DNA of 64,000 bases from positions 558,001 to 622,000 of the forward strand of contig CP120464.1 of the NCBI GenBank assembly GCA_034226945.1, read 5' to 3'. The notes below the pieces were generated by a model. It saw only the letters and a list, made by a program, of their open reading frames with translations, did no database searches and was not told the origin of the DNA. The translations under genes were made by a program, and so were the position numbers. Each line of letters starts with the position of its first letter. Position 1 is the stretch's first letter. The DNA is from Picochlorum sp. SENEW3. Lineage: Eukaryota. Of the stretch, positions 49,332 to 60,111 are shown piece by piece.

Positions 49332-49913
49332 ATGAGCACACAAAGAACAACACGAGGTGATACCTCTGTAGACTCCATCAGAGCAAAGCTTTGGTCATGT
49401 GGATTCAAAGTATCTTCTAATACAATTAAAAACTTTGTAGATTACATTGCAGATCAAGAGGATATTATGTATGACTCTGACACCTCTGAAATGCAATCGA
49501 CCACCAGCACAATAGAGGACATACACCCCACCACCAAGACACCTCATGAACCATCACATGCCACCACCAAAAGTGCCACTGAGACGACCGATACGACAGC
49601 AGGACAATTGATGGAACATAGGCTGACTGTGATCGAACAAGAGATTGCTTCTCTGCAACATACACTTGATGCATTCATTGCAGAAGAAGAAAAGGAGCAG
49701 GACACTACATGGCACTGCTCTGCTGTCAATATTCATCCTGAAGATGACACTATCGCAGAAGAAACCGAGTCGCTACACCAAGAAAGGAAGGAAACACCGC
49801 CAAAGGGAAGAATCAAACATGCCAGAAAGTCAGACCCTGTCAGCATGTACCACAAAATGCAGTCACTCTGGTGCAAGAACAAATTCCTCGCCCACAACCA
49901 GCCCCGCAACTGA
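49332..49913 (+). CDS. Hypothetical protein with HYLS1-like C-terminal motif
   Basis: KSDPVSMYHKMQSLWCKNKFL resembles the HYLS1_C K.DPV.RY..Y...W motif. Confidence 0.45.
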   Translation: MSTQRTTRGDTSVDSIRAKLWSCGFKVSSNTIKNFVDYIADQEDIMYDSDTSEMQSTTSTIEDIHPTTKTPHEPSHATTKSATETTDTTAGQLMEHRLTVIEQEIASLQHTLDAFIAEEEKEQDTTWHCSAVNIHPEDDTIAEETESLHQERKETPPKGRIKHARKSDPVSMYHKMQSLWCKNKFLAHNQPRN

Positions 49914-49932
49914 TACTCTATATATATTATCA

Positions 49933-50290
49933 TCATGTAAAATAACGATACAAAAGAAAGAGCGCAAGTGATATACCGACGACGGCATACAAATACTGCC
50001 TCCCTTGAGGACTCTCCATCACCCTCGTCATCTTCTTCACAGCCCCATCCAAACCAAGATGGACCCCGCCAACATTCTTACTCTACACCAAATAACCATC
50101 ATAGTACACTGAAAACTCGCGCGCCATCATATATAAAATACATCCATCAACCCACCATGGCATCCAGAACAGAGTGGTGCTGCTTCACCTCCCCATGAAT
50201 TCCAGACGTGATATTCTTCAACAACGCCGTCTTCTCCCCCAGCGCAGCTATACTAGCATCATTCCTCTTTTCTAAAGATTCGATATCCAT
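49933..50290 (-). CDS. BET1-like Qc-SNARE (two exons, not in ORF track)
   Basis: MDIESLEKRNDASIAALGEKTALLKNITSGIHGEVKQHHSVLDAM | SKNVGGVHLGLDGAVKKMTRVM...YAVVGISLALFLLYRYFT*: SNARE heptad plus C-terminal TM anchor. Confidence 0.82.
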
Positions 50291-50616
50291 CCAACCCTTT
50301 CGTACACGTCACTATTTCAATATTTCAAATGGAATTGATGATGGTTCAAACGTTTTTTAATTCATGACCCAGCTCCAGCGATCAACAGTTCATCCATTCA
50401 TTCATTCAACTGACATAGTATTTTGTTTGGATGTATACATCCAAGCGCGTATCACTATGATGACATCAGATGAGGTCTTCCCTTTGATCCAAGGCCATGG
50501 AATCCTTAAAAAGTAGATATAAAAAACACCCTCAAAGCCACGTGCCGATACGCTGATCACACGGTATACATTAATGCTCAAAACTGGTACATGCTATTGC
50601 GATTGAAAATTCAAGC

Positions 50617-51522
50617 ATGATGATACAAGAATTAACTAGCAGTAGACTTACAGGGAATCATCGCATGGAAGGAAGAGTTTGGACAACAGCCAAGCAACAG
50701 ATGCATGGTCATCATCATCATCATCCAAGGACTACAGGTACTGCATCCACAAGACACCACATGGTATTCAGAAGCAAGACACACGGAGATGGGCGATGTG
50801 CTGGACTAGTGACTCGAGCATCATCCACAGATGCACAGAGTGGAGGAGAGAAGAAGAAGAAGCAGCCCCCATCTCAAATGCTCGTGTATGTCCCTCCTCA
50901 TCCTCTTGTGAAGCATTGGATGGGTGTTATGCGCAGTGTAGATACACCCACTCCTGTTTTCAGGAGTGCAGCAGCAGAACTGGGCAGGATTCTGTTGTAT
51001 GAAATGCTCAGGGAATGGATGCCAACACTTGAAGCTCAGGTACAGACACCAACGGGAAGCACGGCGGATGCGACGTTTGTGGATCCCACTCGACCCATCG
51101 TATGCGTCCCTGTGCTCAGAGCTGGAACGGTGCTCTTGGATCAGGCGCAAACATTGCTGCCTGCATCCATCACATACCATGTTGGGTATGTGAGGAATGA
51201 GGAGAATTTGGAGGCGTCCTGTTATTTAAATAAATTACCAGAAAAAATAGATCCAAATGCTTTATGTATCGTATCGGATATGATGTTGGCTACCGGCGGC
51301 ACCATGGTACAGGTTATCAAGGACATGGTGGCTCGTGGTGCAGACCCATCCAACATCCGGGTATTATCTGCCCTCGCAGCGCCACCCGCGTTACAGAAAC
51401 TCAATGACGCTTTCCCAGGACTTGTTGTATACACTGGTATGATTGATGCAGAGGTTGATGACAAGGGATACATCATACCTGGCGTGGGAGATGCTGGTGA
51501 CAGAGCCTTTGGCACCCAGTAA
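50617..51522 (+). CDS. UPP: Uracil phosphoribosyltransferase, plastid
   Basis: HPLVKHW, VPVLRAG, DMMLATGGT, YIIPGVGDAGDRAFGT. Confidence 0.95.
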   Translation: MMIQELTSSRLTGNHRMEGRVWTTAKQQMHGHHHHHPRTTGTASTRHHMVFRSKTHGDGRCAGLVTRASSTDAQSGGEKKKKQPPSQMLVYVPPHPLVKHWMGVMRSVDTPTPVFRSAAAELGRILLYEMLREWMPTLEAQVQTPTGSTADATFVDPTRPIVCVPVLRAGTVLLDQAQTLLPASITYHVGYVRNEENLEASCYLNKLPEKIDPNALCIVSDMMLATGGTMVQVIKDMVARGADPSNIRVLSALAAPPALQKLNDAFPGLVVYTGMIDAEVDDKGYIIPGVGDAGDRAFGTQ

Positions 51523-51687
51523 CCACTGTTTTGTTCTCTCCATTTCTGATGCTTACTATATTTCATTTTCTTTCTGTCATACTGCTGTATAGTATTATAT
51601 ATATTTTTATAGATATATATGGAGAGAGAGAGAGAGAGAGCATGCGCCAAGATTAGAATAGAATACAATACAATGGCTACTGGGATG

Positions 51688-52144
51688 TCATGGGTGAGAA
51701 TTCTCTTCAAAGACCTCGATCGCATGTTTCTTCCCATGTACCCGCTGACTCTCTCGCAACACAGCCGACATGATGTGCCGCATACACTCATCCGGATTCC
51801 CTCCATCATCCACATATTGCAAAACCTCCAACGGTACCTCCACCTCATCCCCATGGAGGGAAGACGCCTCTGTATACAAAGACTCTAGAGCACCAATGTA
51901 CGCATTCAGCTGATCTCGCACAACAGAGGCATCTTTTGCATCTTTACCAATCGATTCAACCGCATCTATCTGCTGCAATACCAATATTAATCATAATGAA
52001 TCCTTTGGTACTCAATCAATCAGTCAATCAGAGTGAAACAACCTTTGATAAAACCTCTTCAACCCTTCCACGCAGCCCTTTGATATATTCTGAAGCAATC
52101 TTTGGATCATGGACTGTTTCAGGAGCACCATGCGTGTCAGACAT
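51688..52144 (-). CDS. MED10: Mediator subunit 10
   Basis: VPLEVLQYVDDGGNPD...GKKHA; first exon from ATG 52144. Confidence 0.8.
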
Positions 52145-52486
52145 GATGTCGTATCGAAATATTCTTCTTCCACCTTGTTGTTGATGATGATTGAGAGGAA
52201 TGGAATGGCATTATTAGTACAAGAACCGCATTCTGATCAAACACAATCATGATCCATTTTTCCAATATTCATCCATAGTATTAAATAAGGATTGCATTGC
52301 TCAATTCAATCATAAAGACAATCCTCCGAGTGAAAAAAGAAAAGTTCCTTGTTTCGAAGATTTAGTAAAACAAGGTTGTTGTTCGTGATGATGATATCAC
52401 AGACCCATGCATTCTTTAATGCAATGTGCTTTGTAATATCAATAATAAAATAGTATTTGTCTCTTTCCTAGACGACTGGAACAAGG

Positions 52487-52992
52487 ATGAGTTGGCAGGT
52501 AGGTTGTCAAGAAGTGGTGGTGGTTGGTGTCTGATCAAGACGCGGTTATTTGCTGGAACTGGTAAACTAGGATTCTCTTATTCTTATTATTCACATGCGC
52601 AGGCGTATATTGATCAACAGCTGATGATGCCTCTGGCATCTGGGTATACGTTGGATCATGCTGCCATTTGTGGACTCGACGGGGGTATTTGGGCTCAGAG
52701 TGAGGGTTTTCCTGGTTTGAATGACACCGAGTGTGAGACATTGTTGAAAGGGTTTGAAGATATTGGGGTTTTAGGGGAGAAGGGAGTGACGATTGGGGGG
52801 AATAAATACATGCTGATTGCCAGTGATCCAGAGGATGGGATTATTCGAGGGAAGAATGGTCCAACTGGAGTGACGATTAAAAAGACGGTGGGTGCGATGG
52901 TGATTGGGATTTATGGGGAGAATGTGACTCCGGGGGAGTGCAATGTGGTGGTGGAGAATTTGGCAGATTATTTAAAGGAGCAAGGGATTTAG
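52487..52992 (+). CDS. Profilin
   Basis: MSWQ|AYIDQQL across intron 52499-52602; AAICGLDGGIWAQS, GNKYML, VVENLADYL. Confidence 0.95.
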
Positions 52993-53016
52993 TCTACATA
53001 TTTGTAATACACATCA

Positions 53017-54373
53017 TCATGTCTTTTTTTTTTGTTGTTTCTGGAGGAGTTTTCTGGCTGCAACAGCAGGCCTCTTTCCTGTTCTCTTTTTGGTTATTTT
53101 GGTCCCCGTGGCTGCGCGGATGCCTTGAGAGGATGCCCTGAGAGGCTGTGCACCTCGAAGGCGTCCTGATTTGGTGGCGGTCGCACCCTGCCAAGGTTTG
53201 CTGGAACGTGCAGGTGGTTTGTACTGCGTTGCTTCTGCAGATGGATTGGATTCTGCAGGCTGTATTCGTAATTTCCTACCCTGGAGAGCTTTTCTGTCCA
53301 GTTTCAAGGCATCTTTTGCGGCTTTTCTTGTTTTGAAGAGCACAAAGGCGATTCCTTTCCCAACAGATGTCTTGGGATCTCTGACCACTCTCACAGCTTC
53401 CAGCAGGGATTCGCTCCCAGTCCCAAGTCCAGCAATGAAGAAGCGTATAACATCTTCATCTTCTATCTGTAGGGGTAAATTGCCCACGAAGACACTCTTG
53501 GTCACATCATATCTGACTTGGTGGGATCCGCTCACCATTTCTGCTGCTGCCCGTGAGCCTTTTGCTGCTCCCACCATTTTCACTCTCATCTTATTCACAG
53601 CTGCCCTGTCCACTCGTAAATGTCGATCGTGGAGTACCTTCATATTCTCTTGTAGAGCTTGAGATACACATTCTTTGTTTTCAAAGATGATGTACGCATG
53701 GAATGATCCCTTGCTTTCATCAATAGTCCCACTTGCTGCAGCAACTCTGCGAGGAACTCTTGAATCCCCTTTCAATGGCATGGAGCGGAATCTAATGGAT
53801 TCAATGGCACCATATCTGCACATAGTTTTTGATAAAAACATGTATTATTATAGAAGAAGCAGAACACATATTCTTCATCATGAGCAATACATAAATAAAG
53901 TCGTACTTTTGAAAATGAGTCTTGAGGATCTTCTTTGTGATGGTCTCTGACAAATTGCCCACAAAGACAGTCCTCTGAAGAGATTGATCTTTCAGCTCGG
54001 GACCATCCTCCATGTCGCTTTTTGTTGTCTTTTTCTTCTTGTTGTTCTTGTCATCTACAATTGCACACACAACAGCAGTGTCATCACGTGGATTCTGTTT
54101 CAGAGAAGAATCAGACATGTTTCTTCTTCTCTTCAGTAATAGTATTCATCACAACTCACCATGCGTTGCCCCTCGTGTCTCGCGTGCATTATCAGAATCA
54201 CTGCTACACTCACTACTACTGGGACTGTCCGGTGCTGCCTCGCGTCTCTGCTTCTTCGCTGACTCATTAAATCTATTTAAATTCTTAGGAGCGTCCACTA
54301 CAGCACTATATTTGACCTTGAACTTGCTTTGAGGTGAGAATAAACTAGATGCATGAGCACGCTCCCCGGACAT
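53017..54373 (-). CDS. Two-RRM nucleolar protein RBM34/NOP12-like (spliced)
   Basis: RTVFVGNL, YGAIESIRFRS, SVFVGNLP, GKGIAFVLF, GKRPAVAARK. Confidence 0.8.
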
Positions 54374-54638
54374 GGTTCTCAATTGGGACGTCCTTTCAAC
54401 CGTAGAGTATGCAGATCGCTCTTCTATTTTCTCTTAAACCCGTATATATGTCATCCATGGAGCTCTCGTGATGAGATCATTGTTTTTTTCTGGCACCACC
54501 AGATGCTTGCTCATTTTTTTTTCATGGAGGCAATTAATTGCCTCCCCTGTATTTATACAAGGTATGGTATGCTGACGGGCGATCGGAATCTAGAAATCTA
54601 GAATACATACATCAAAACAATAAGGAATGAATGAATGA

Positions 54639-55961
54639 ATGATATTGTTGAAACGATTGCTTCACATCCATAGCAGACCCATTGGGTCACGTTGCATGAC
54701 ATTGACATGTCAGCGTGGATTGACAACTGTGAACAATGCATGCCATGATGCCGATAATCAACACTCAATTGGTATAATTGGAGGTGGTATGAGTGGTGTG
54801 GCTGCAGCAGAGAAGTTGATCAGTGGCCTCCTGCAGGGAGGTAAGAGCCCTGAGGTTCACCTGTTTGACCGTGGTCGTGTGGTTGGGGGACGATGCTCTA
54901 GCAGACATGTGGATGTCGACGGATACCATATTGAATTCAATCATGGGTGCCAGATTATTTGTCCCAGGACGGATGCGTTTCTGCAGCACGTGGACCAGGT
55001 GTGGCGACGAGAGCTGGGTTTGGTCAGACAGTGTCCTCAGGTTATTCAGCTGGACTCTTTTGGAAAAAAACTGCATCCCGCATCGTCCCAGATGAATGGT
55101 GTGGAGAATTTCATGGGACATGGAAGAGGGCGCGATGTGTTCGTCGGCACTCCCAACATGAATGCCATTGTCTCTGGAGTGGCACATCAGTGCCAGTCCA
55201 GATACCCAGGATTTTCAATCAATGCAAACACTGCCGTCACCGATATACGTTGGGTCGGCACAGCATCTTGGAAAGTCACATATGGTGGAGGAGAATGCAA
55301 ATACTTAACACATCTTGTTGTGGCGGATGCTGCAGCCGTAGACCTTGTCCAGCATCCTGACACTCCTGCTGCTGTGAGAGATGGCTTCAAGGCCGTCACC
55401 TCTGTGGAATATGAACCGGTATTTGCATTCGTCGCAGCTACCCAAGGATCATCATCTATTACATTCACGAACGCGATATTGGACCATCAGAACACGACAG
55501 AGACGACTCCTTTGACCCCATTTAGCATGATTTCTCGCCAGCAACAGCTTGCATCTTATGACACATGGGTTGCCCTCACAACCCAACGAAAGGCGCGAGA
55601 GATTCTTCAGCGATGGCCAATGAGAACGGCCACGGGAACAGTCATCCCTCAAGAAGGAGAGTATAGAAAAAAAGTGGCCGAATATCTTGCGCCAGATTTC
55701 AAACAGGCACTGCAGTATCTCGAAGGAAGAAAAGAATGCCAGGAGATCGACCAACCAATGGTTCTATGGACATTCTCCCATCGATGGGGAAGAGCCTTTC
55801 CGACACGTGATACCGTCCTCTCAACCCCATCAATATACATGGAAGAGTATGGCATCGGTGCCTGTGGCGATGCATTCCACTCCCCGCCTGCGTCTCCTTT
55901 GGAATCGGCTTGGCTCAGTGGAAGGCATCTTGGCAACCAGATTCTCAAACAAGTCCTCTGA
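54639..55961 (+). CDS. Renalase-like FAD-dependent oxidoreductase
   Basis: GIIGGGMSG Rossmann motif, FDRGRVVGGRCSSR, FNHGCQ, HRWGRAFP, ACGD...ESAWLSG. Confidence 0.85.
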   Translation: MILLKRLLHIHSRPIGSRCMTLTCQRGLTTVNNACHDADNQHSIGIIGGGMSGVAAAEKLISGLLQGGKSPEVHLFDRGRVVGGRCSSRHVDVDGYHIEFNHGCQIICPRTDAFLQHVDQVWRRELGLVRQCPQVIQLDSFGKKLHPASSQMNGVENFMGHGRGRDVFVGTPNMNAIVSGVAHQCQSRYPGFSINANTAVTDIRWVGTASWKVTYGGGECKYLTHLVVADAAAVDLVQHPDTPAAVRDGFKAVTSVEYEPVFAFVAATQGSSSITFTNAILDHQNTTETTPLTPFSMISRQQQLASYDTWVALTTQRKAREILQRWPMRTATGTVIPQEGEYRKKVAEYLAPDFKQALQYLEGRKECQEIDQPMVLWTFSHRWGRAFPTRDTVLSTPSIYMEEYGIGACGDAFHSPPASPLESAWLSGRHLGNQILKQVL

Positions 55962-56018
55962 TGCGCCCACATTGCAGATAGTTCCTCTCCAAACACCAAC
56001 ACTATGCAAATTTTTGCC

Positions 56019-56216
56019 ACCAGGTGTGGCGACGAGAGCTGGGTTTGGTCAGACAGTGTCCTCAGGTTATTCAGCTGGACTCTTTTGGACGACAACTGCA
56101 TCCCGCATCGTCCCAGATGAATGGTGTGGAGAATTTTATGGGACATGGAAGAGGGCGCGATGTGTTCGTTGGCACTCCCAACATGAATGCCATTGTCTCT
56201 GGAGTGGCACGTCAGT
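56019..56216 (+). repeat. 198-bp displaced duplicate of renalase-like internal segment 54994-55191
   Basis: Direct repeat with offset 1025; about 6 mismatches counted by eye. Confidence 0.93.
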
Positions 56217-56715
56217 TGGGAGCCCCCATCATCCACGTGAGCACCTTCTCCACCACAGCACTCGAATCAACCGACGGCATCTCCGACGGGGCATTCAGCA
56301 TGTCCACAGCCGTCATACAAGAGAACGACGGAGGGGAAGCAGTCTCTCCCTGATGGAGAGCCAGAACTCTATCCATCCGAAGCACTGTGTCCCAGAACGG
56401 ACCTTGGTCTCCGTAAAAAGATTTGCAGTGCACTTCGGCTATCTTTTCGTAATCGGACGCAGTCGCGTCATGAATTACGTATCTCTCGACCTCGATCCGA
56501 TCCTGTATGCGCGTAGAAGCCTTTGTCACCCTGTTGGTCGCACGACAACCTATTCTCCAAGGTGCGAGAGCACTTCGACATCGCCTGTGGCCACGACATC
56601 CTGGTGGCGTGTGTGGGCCAACGAGCAAACTATTATGTGGATGAGCGAATATCGGATGATATTGATGCGCACGTGAGGGCTGCAGAGAGTACCCACCGCC
56701 TATGTGAACCCACAT
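56212..56715 (-). pseudogene. 3'-truncated GNAT-like acetyltransferase
   Basis: IHDATASDYEKIAEVHCKSFY...LRMDRVLAL resembles the N-half of plastid GNATs. The stop falls at the duplicate junction and no acetyl-CoA-binding motif follows. Confidence 0.5.
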
Positions 56716-56777
56716 TTTTTTAGTTTCTACACTCGTACTTTCAAATTGAATTGAATTCAATTCAATTCAATCATACT

Positions 56778-57917
56778 TTATACATTAACATTTTGTATAA
56801 GTTTAAGTTTAGCCAGATGCCTTCTGCGAACATAAACTGATGCTGCCAATCCGAGAATCCCGACGAGTGAGAAGAAGATCAAGGTTTTGGGCTCTTCCCC
56901 ATCGGTCTCGTCTTTGTTCTCGCCTTCTCCTTCAGCAAGGTTGGTGTGTGTCATTCCCAGTAATCTGAAAATGAATTTCTGGACGGTCCCCAAGGAATCA
57001 AGACCTGTTGGCACGGAGGGGTCATCTGAATGCTTTTTATTCCACTCCTGATCTCGTGTGCCAAAGAACTCCAACTGCACAGGCGATATTGCCAGATCAA
57101 ACTCTTCTTTGGGGGCACGGTCCCCGCCCTCAAAACTGTTGGATGCTCGCAACGACTTGTCTGGGCTCACACCATAGCCAGAAAGAGTGGGTCTGCTGCC
57201 ATGGCTTGTTCTCCTAGACATGCTCTGCATCGGTGACAACACAGGGCCTTGCGTCGGAACCCTATGTGGTAACTGCTGTTGAAAGTCCCTGGATAGGTTG
57301 TCGGCTCGTTCATCCTTATTTCCTACCCTCTCCTGCTCGTGGCTCTTTGCTGCAATCTCTTTCTCCAAGAAGAGGCGCTCTCTGGGATCCAATGGCAGGA
57401 ATGTCTGCCTCCGGAGCCAAAGCTGTACTTCTGAGGGATCTTTCAGGGTATCTAGAAGTATTTCAGTAGTGTACATGTGCACCAGTGTCAGATACTGCTC
57501 TCGAGTCCATCCGCTCTGTCGCGAAGCCTTCGACTTGAGCAGCAGGAGGACAAGAGAGTCAGCATGTCGTCGCTCTTCCGTTTCCAACGCGAGTGATATC
57601 CAAAGCAGGACCGCATTGGGCGGGGCTAAATCTAAAGATACAAACAAGGAGCAGAGGCGAGACCTTGCTGAGGCAAAGTTCGAGGTTTCGTAGCACGACT
57701 GCAGAAACACAACTGCTGCTCTCTCCACGAGTTCATCTCTGATTTCCAATGTTTCCTCCGATACTTCCAATTTTCTCAAAGAAGAGAGAATGTTTGACGA
57801 TATAGATTCGGATTCTGCGTACTTTCCAAGGATCAAACACCTCTCCGACTCTTCGACGAGGCCGCTCAGCTGAGAACTGAGGTCGTGCATTCCTTCCTTT
57901 AGGCTTAGAGAAGCCAC
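56778..57917 (-). CDS. APEM9/PEX26-like tail-anchored peroxisomal protein
   Basis: ESERCLILGKY, AAVVFLQS, YLTLVHMYTTEIL; C-terminal TM followed by basic RRRH. Confidence 0.6.
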   Translation of the reverse strand: MASLSLKEGMHDLSSQLSGLVEESERCLILGKYAESESISSNILSSLRKLEVSEETLEIRDELVERAAVVFLQSCYETSNFASARSRLCSLFVSLDLAPPNAVLLWISLALETEERRHADSLVLLLLKSKASRQSGWTREQYLTLVHMYTTEILLDTLKDPSEVQLWLRRQTFLPLDPRERLFLEKEIAAKSHEQERVGNKDERADNLSRDFQQQLPHRVPTQGPVLSPMQSMSRRTSHGSRPTLSGYGVSPDKSLRASNSFEGGDRAPKEEFDLAISPVQLEFFGTRDQEWNKKHSDDPSVPTGLDSLGTVQKFIFRLLGMTHTNLAEGEGENKDETDGEEPKTLIFFSLVGILGLAASVYVRRRHLAKLKLIQNVNV

Positions 57918-57958
57918 ATTGTGTTCTAGATTTTTACAGCAGATTATTCATTTTGATG

Positions 57959-59140
57959 CTACGCCCGCTGACCTCCATCACGCTGTCTACAGGATTCAAG
58001 GGCCTTCTCCAAAGCCACCATGCCTTGTCCAAGCAGATGGTGAGACAGGGCTCTCTTGGAGACAAGGATTCCCTCGTCCATCAGATCTTGTGCATGTATC
58101 CACACCGCGTCCCATGTGATGTCTTTCGAGTTTTTTGTGAGATTTCCGTATGGTCTCAAAAATATGATCCGACCTGGTGGGTACATGGGCATGGTGTCCA
58201 CATCTTTCTGATGCAGTTGGGCCCTCGCAAGATACTGCTGGAGCACCTCCCTGACATCCGGATCAATGCTTTCAAACGGCTTGAAAACATGGGGTGCGGC
58301 GGAAGCATTCACATATCTTCCGACGAGCGTATCCAAGAGGATGGACAGCTTGGGACGATAGCATGTGCCTAGGGCAAACATCATATCGTCAATCACCCGC
58401 TTCATGGTCTGCATCGACATTCGTGATATTACATCCTGACCAACCACAATCGACGTGCAAAAGCTTTCAGATATGGCACGAAATGTGTCATTCACAAGCC
58501 CACCTGGTGGATTGTACGAAAGACACCGCAAAGATGGAAAAATTTCGATTAGTTCAGCCCCAATGATACTCGAAACTGCCGCACCTAGGGAGTGCCCTGT
58601 GATCACCAGACCATACTGCTGGCCATGTATTGCATGTTGAATGAGAGCAATTGCCCTGGATGTACTGAATTCCATCTGCTCTTCCTCTTCCATCGCATCA
58701 AACTCCTTGATTTGAGGTTCGTTATAGGAAGACTCTGGAGATAACAGATCTGCATCTGCTGATATTGGCCCAGAAAGATGCTGGATTGCCTCGTAAATGC
58801 CAACCTTCTTTAAATCCTCTAGCAGGGCTCTGGCAGATGACACGATGCCTTCGTGCGCGTACATTTCTTCTGAATCTCGACCAGTCAGAGTTCTTATTTG
58901 ATCTAAGCTCCAAGGGGACACCTGGCGATTGAAATTCTTGGGACTGCTCAGAAGGTCTGTGACCAAATCAGAAAACCCAACGGTGCCCCTGATACTTATG
59001 CAAATGTTTTGCGTCACCTTGTCTACCAAAATCAGATACGGCAAGATCCCCAAAGGACTAGAGGCATAAGAGATGGGAAAATAGGCCACGAAGTTGATGG
59101 GGTCTGACCCTATTGTTGATCTGTACGCCATTTCCATCAA
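57959..59140 (-). CDS. Class-3 lipase (DAG-lipase-like), apparently missing its N-terminal part
   Basis: LPYLILVD...SIRGT...DLVTDL, AHEGI, TGHSLGAA, VVGQDVISR, MYPPGRI, SHHL. In-frame stop just upstream of 59140. Confidence 0.8.
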   Translation of the reverse strand: MMEMAYRSTIGSDPINFVAYFPISYASSPLGILPYLILVDKVTQNICISIRGTVGFSDLVTDLLSSPKNFNRQVSPWSLDQIRTLTGRDSEEMYAHEGIVSSARALLEDLKKVGIYEAIQHLSGPISADADLLSPESSYNEPQIKEFDAMEEEEQMEFSTSRAIALIQHAIHGQQYGLVITGHSLGAAVSSIIGAELIEIFPSLRCLSYNPPGGLVNDTFRAISESFCTSIVVGQDVISRMSMQTMKRVIDDMMFALGTCYRPKLSILLDTLVGRYVNASAAPHVFKPFESIDPDVREVLQQYLARAQLHQKDVDTMPMYPPGRIIFLRPYGNLTKNSKDITWDAVWIHAQDLMDEGILVSKRALSHHLLGQGMVALEKALESCRQRDGGQRA

Positions 59141-60111
59141 TGTCCGCCATATTCAGTTTGATGTAAGTATTCTTAATGATATATATGCTCATTTAAATCA
59201 TATTTGAGTGACCTTGGCCTCATGGAAAAGGCCTCCTATTGTCGAGATACCGGGATGAAAATGTGATCTTTCACACTGCCAGGCCAAAACATCACTTGCC
59301 GTCGCATGGAAACATGTCGACCCTCTCATTGAAGTCTTATATTCATTTGTAGAGGTTTGTCAGCATTTTCTACAAGTTTGAGTGGTCTTCTTGGTTTGAC
59401 TTCCTCATCCAACACTCAATCAAGGCATCCCATCAAAGACATACTTTGATAGGACCCTTAAAGTTGGTACCCTATTTGCCAAAAAAAAATTCCACCCTAC
59501 CCTACCCTAGTGATGACATCCGACTCGTGCCGTGAGGCCTCATGGCGATGCATGGAGTTGATATGCTGTGACAATTCCTGTCAGACCCATATTTTTTTTG
59601 TGAGAATTATCTCGTCCCAAACTGACGTCTGTCAACGGCATCTCGCGAAGAAACAAAGCTGCGCTGTGGTAGGCTACTACAGCAGCGACAGTATAGACTC
59701 GGACGACGACTGGCGTGGTCGTGCGTTTCCGACCCTTGGTGTCGTCGCCTCGTATTATCAAAGTAGTAGAGTTTATATACGAATTACAGTTCCATAAAAG
59801 GACCGCCGGTGCTGTTGTTGCTGGGCGTGCGGTTGGTTGTTGAGTTGAATACCAGTTGTTGTTGTTGTTAGTTTTTTGCACGGGCGTTGACCCAGCAGCT
59901 CTGATCAACGCCCGTGGAGGCCGCGCACTGATCAGCCGAGCCTGTTCGGACGGTTACAGAGACAACTATTGCACACACAAGGTACGAATCCCATACAGAC
60001 ATGAAGGACCACGTTTGATAGCAGGGGAGTTACGATCAGTTTCCTTGTGTAGGTGACAAAAGAACCGTGGCGCGTGTGTGAGGAGGAAGATATAAAGATA
60101 CGGTAGTACCG

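Noticed and set aside
51622..51640. (GA)n tract and nearby poly-Lys/poly-His codon runs
   Set aside because: Ordinary microsatellite or low-complexity sequence.
52181..52240. Box C/D snoRNA-like TTGA-TGATGA...CTGA-TCAA
   Set aside because: TGA repeats are common in this genome, it overlaps the probable MED10 5' region, and I could not identify an rRNA-complementary guide.
55687..56676. 329-aa plus-strand ORF
   Set aside because: Composite of an alternative renalase frame, the duplicated fragment and the antisense GNAT-like sequence; no coherent protein.
56744..56767. 24-bp perfect palindrome AATTGAATTGAATTCAATTCAATT
   Set aside because: Built from a low-complexity 5-bp unit; most likely microsatellite slippage.
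59493..59510. CCCTACCCTACCCTAG as a telomeric seed
   Set aside because: Only three 5-bp units and not the TTTAGGG/TTAGGG unit; too short to support.
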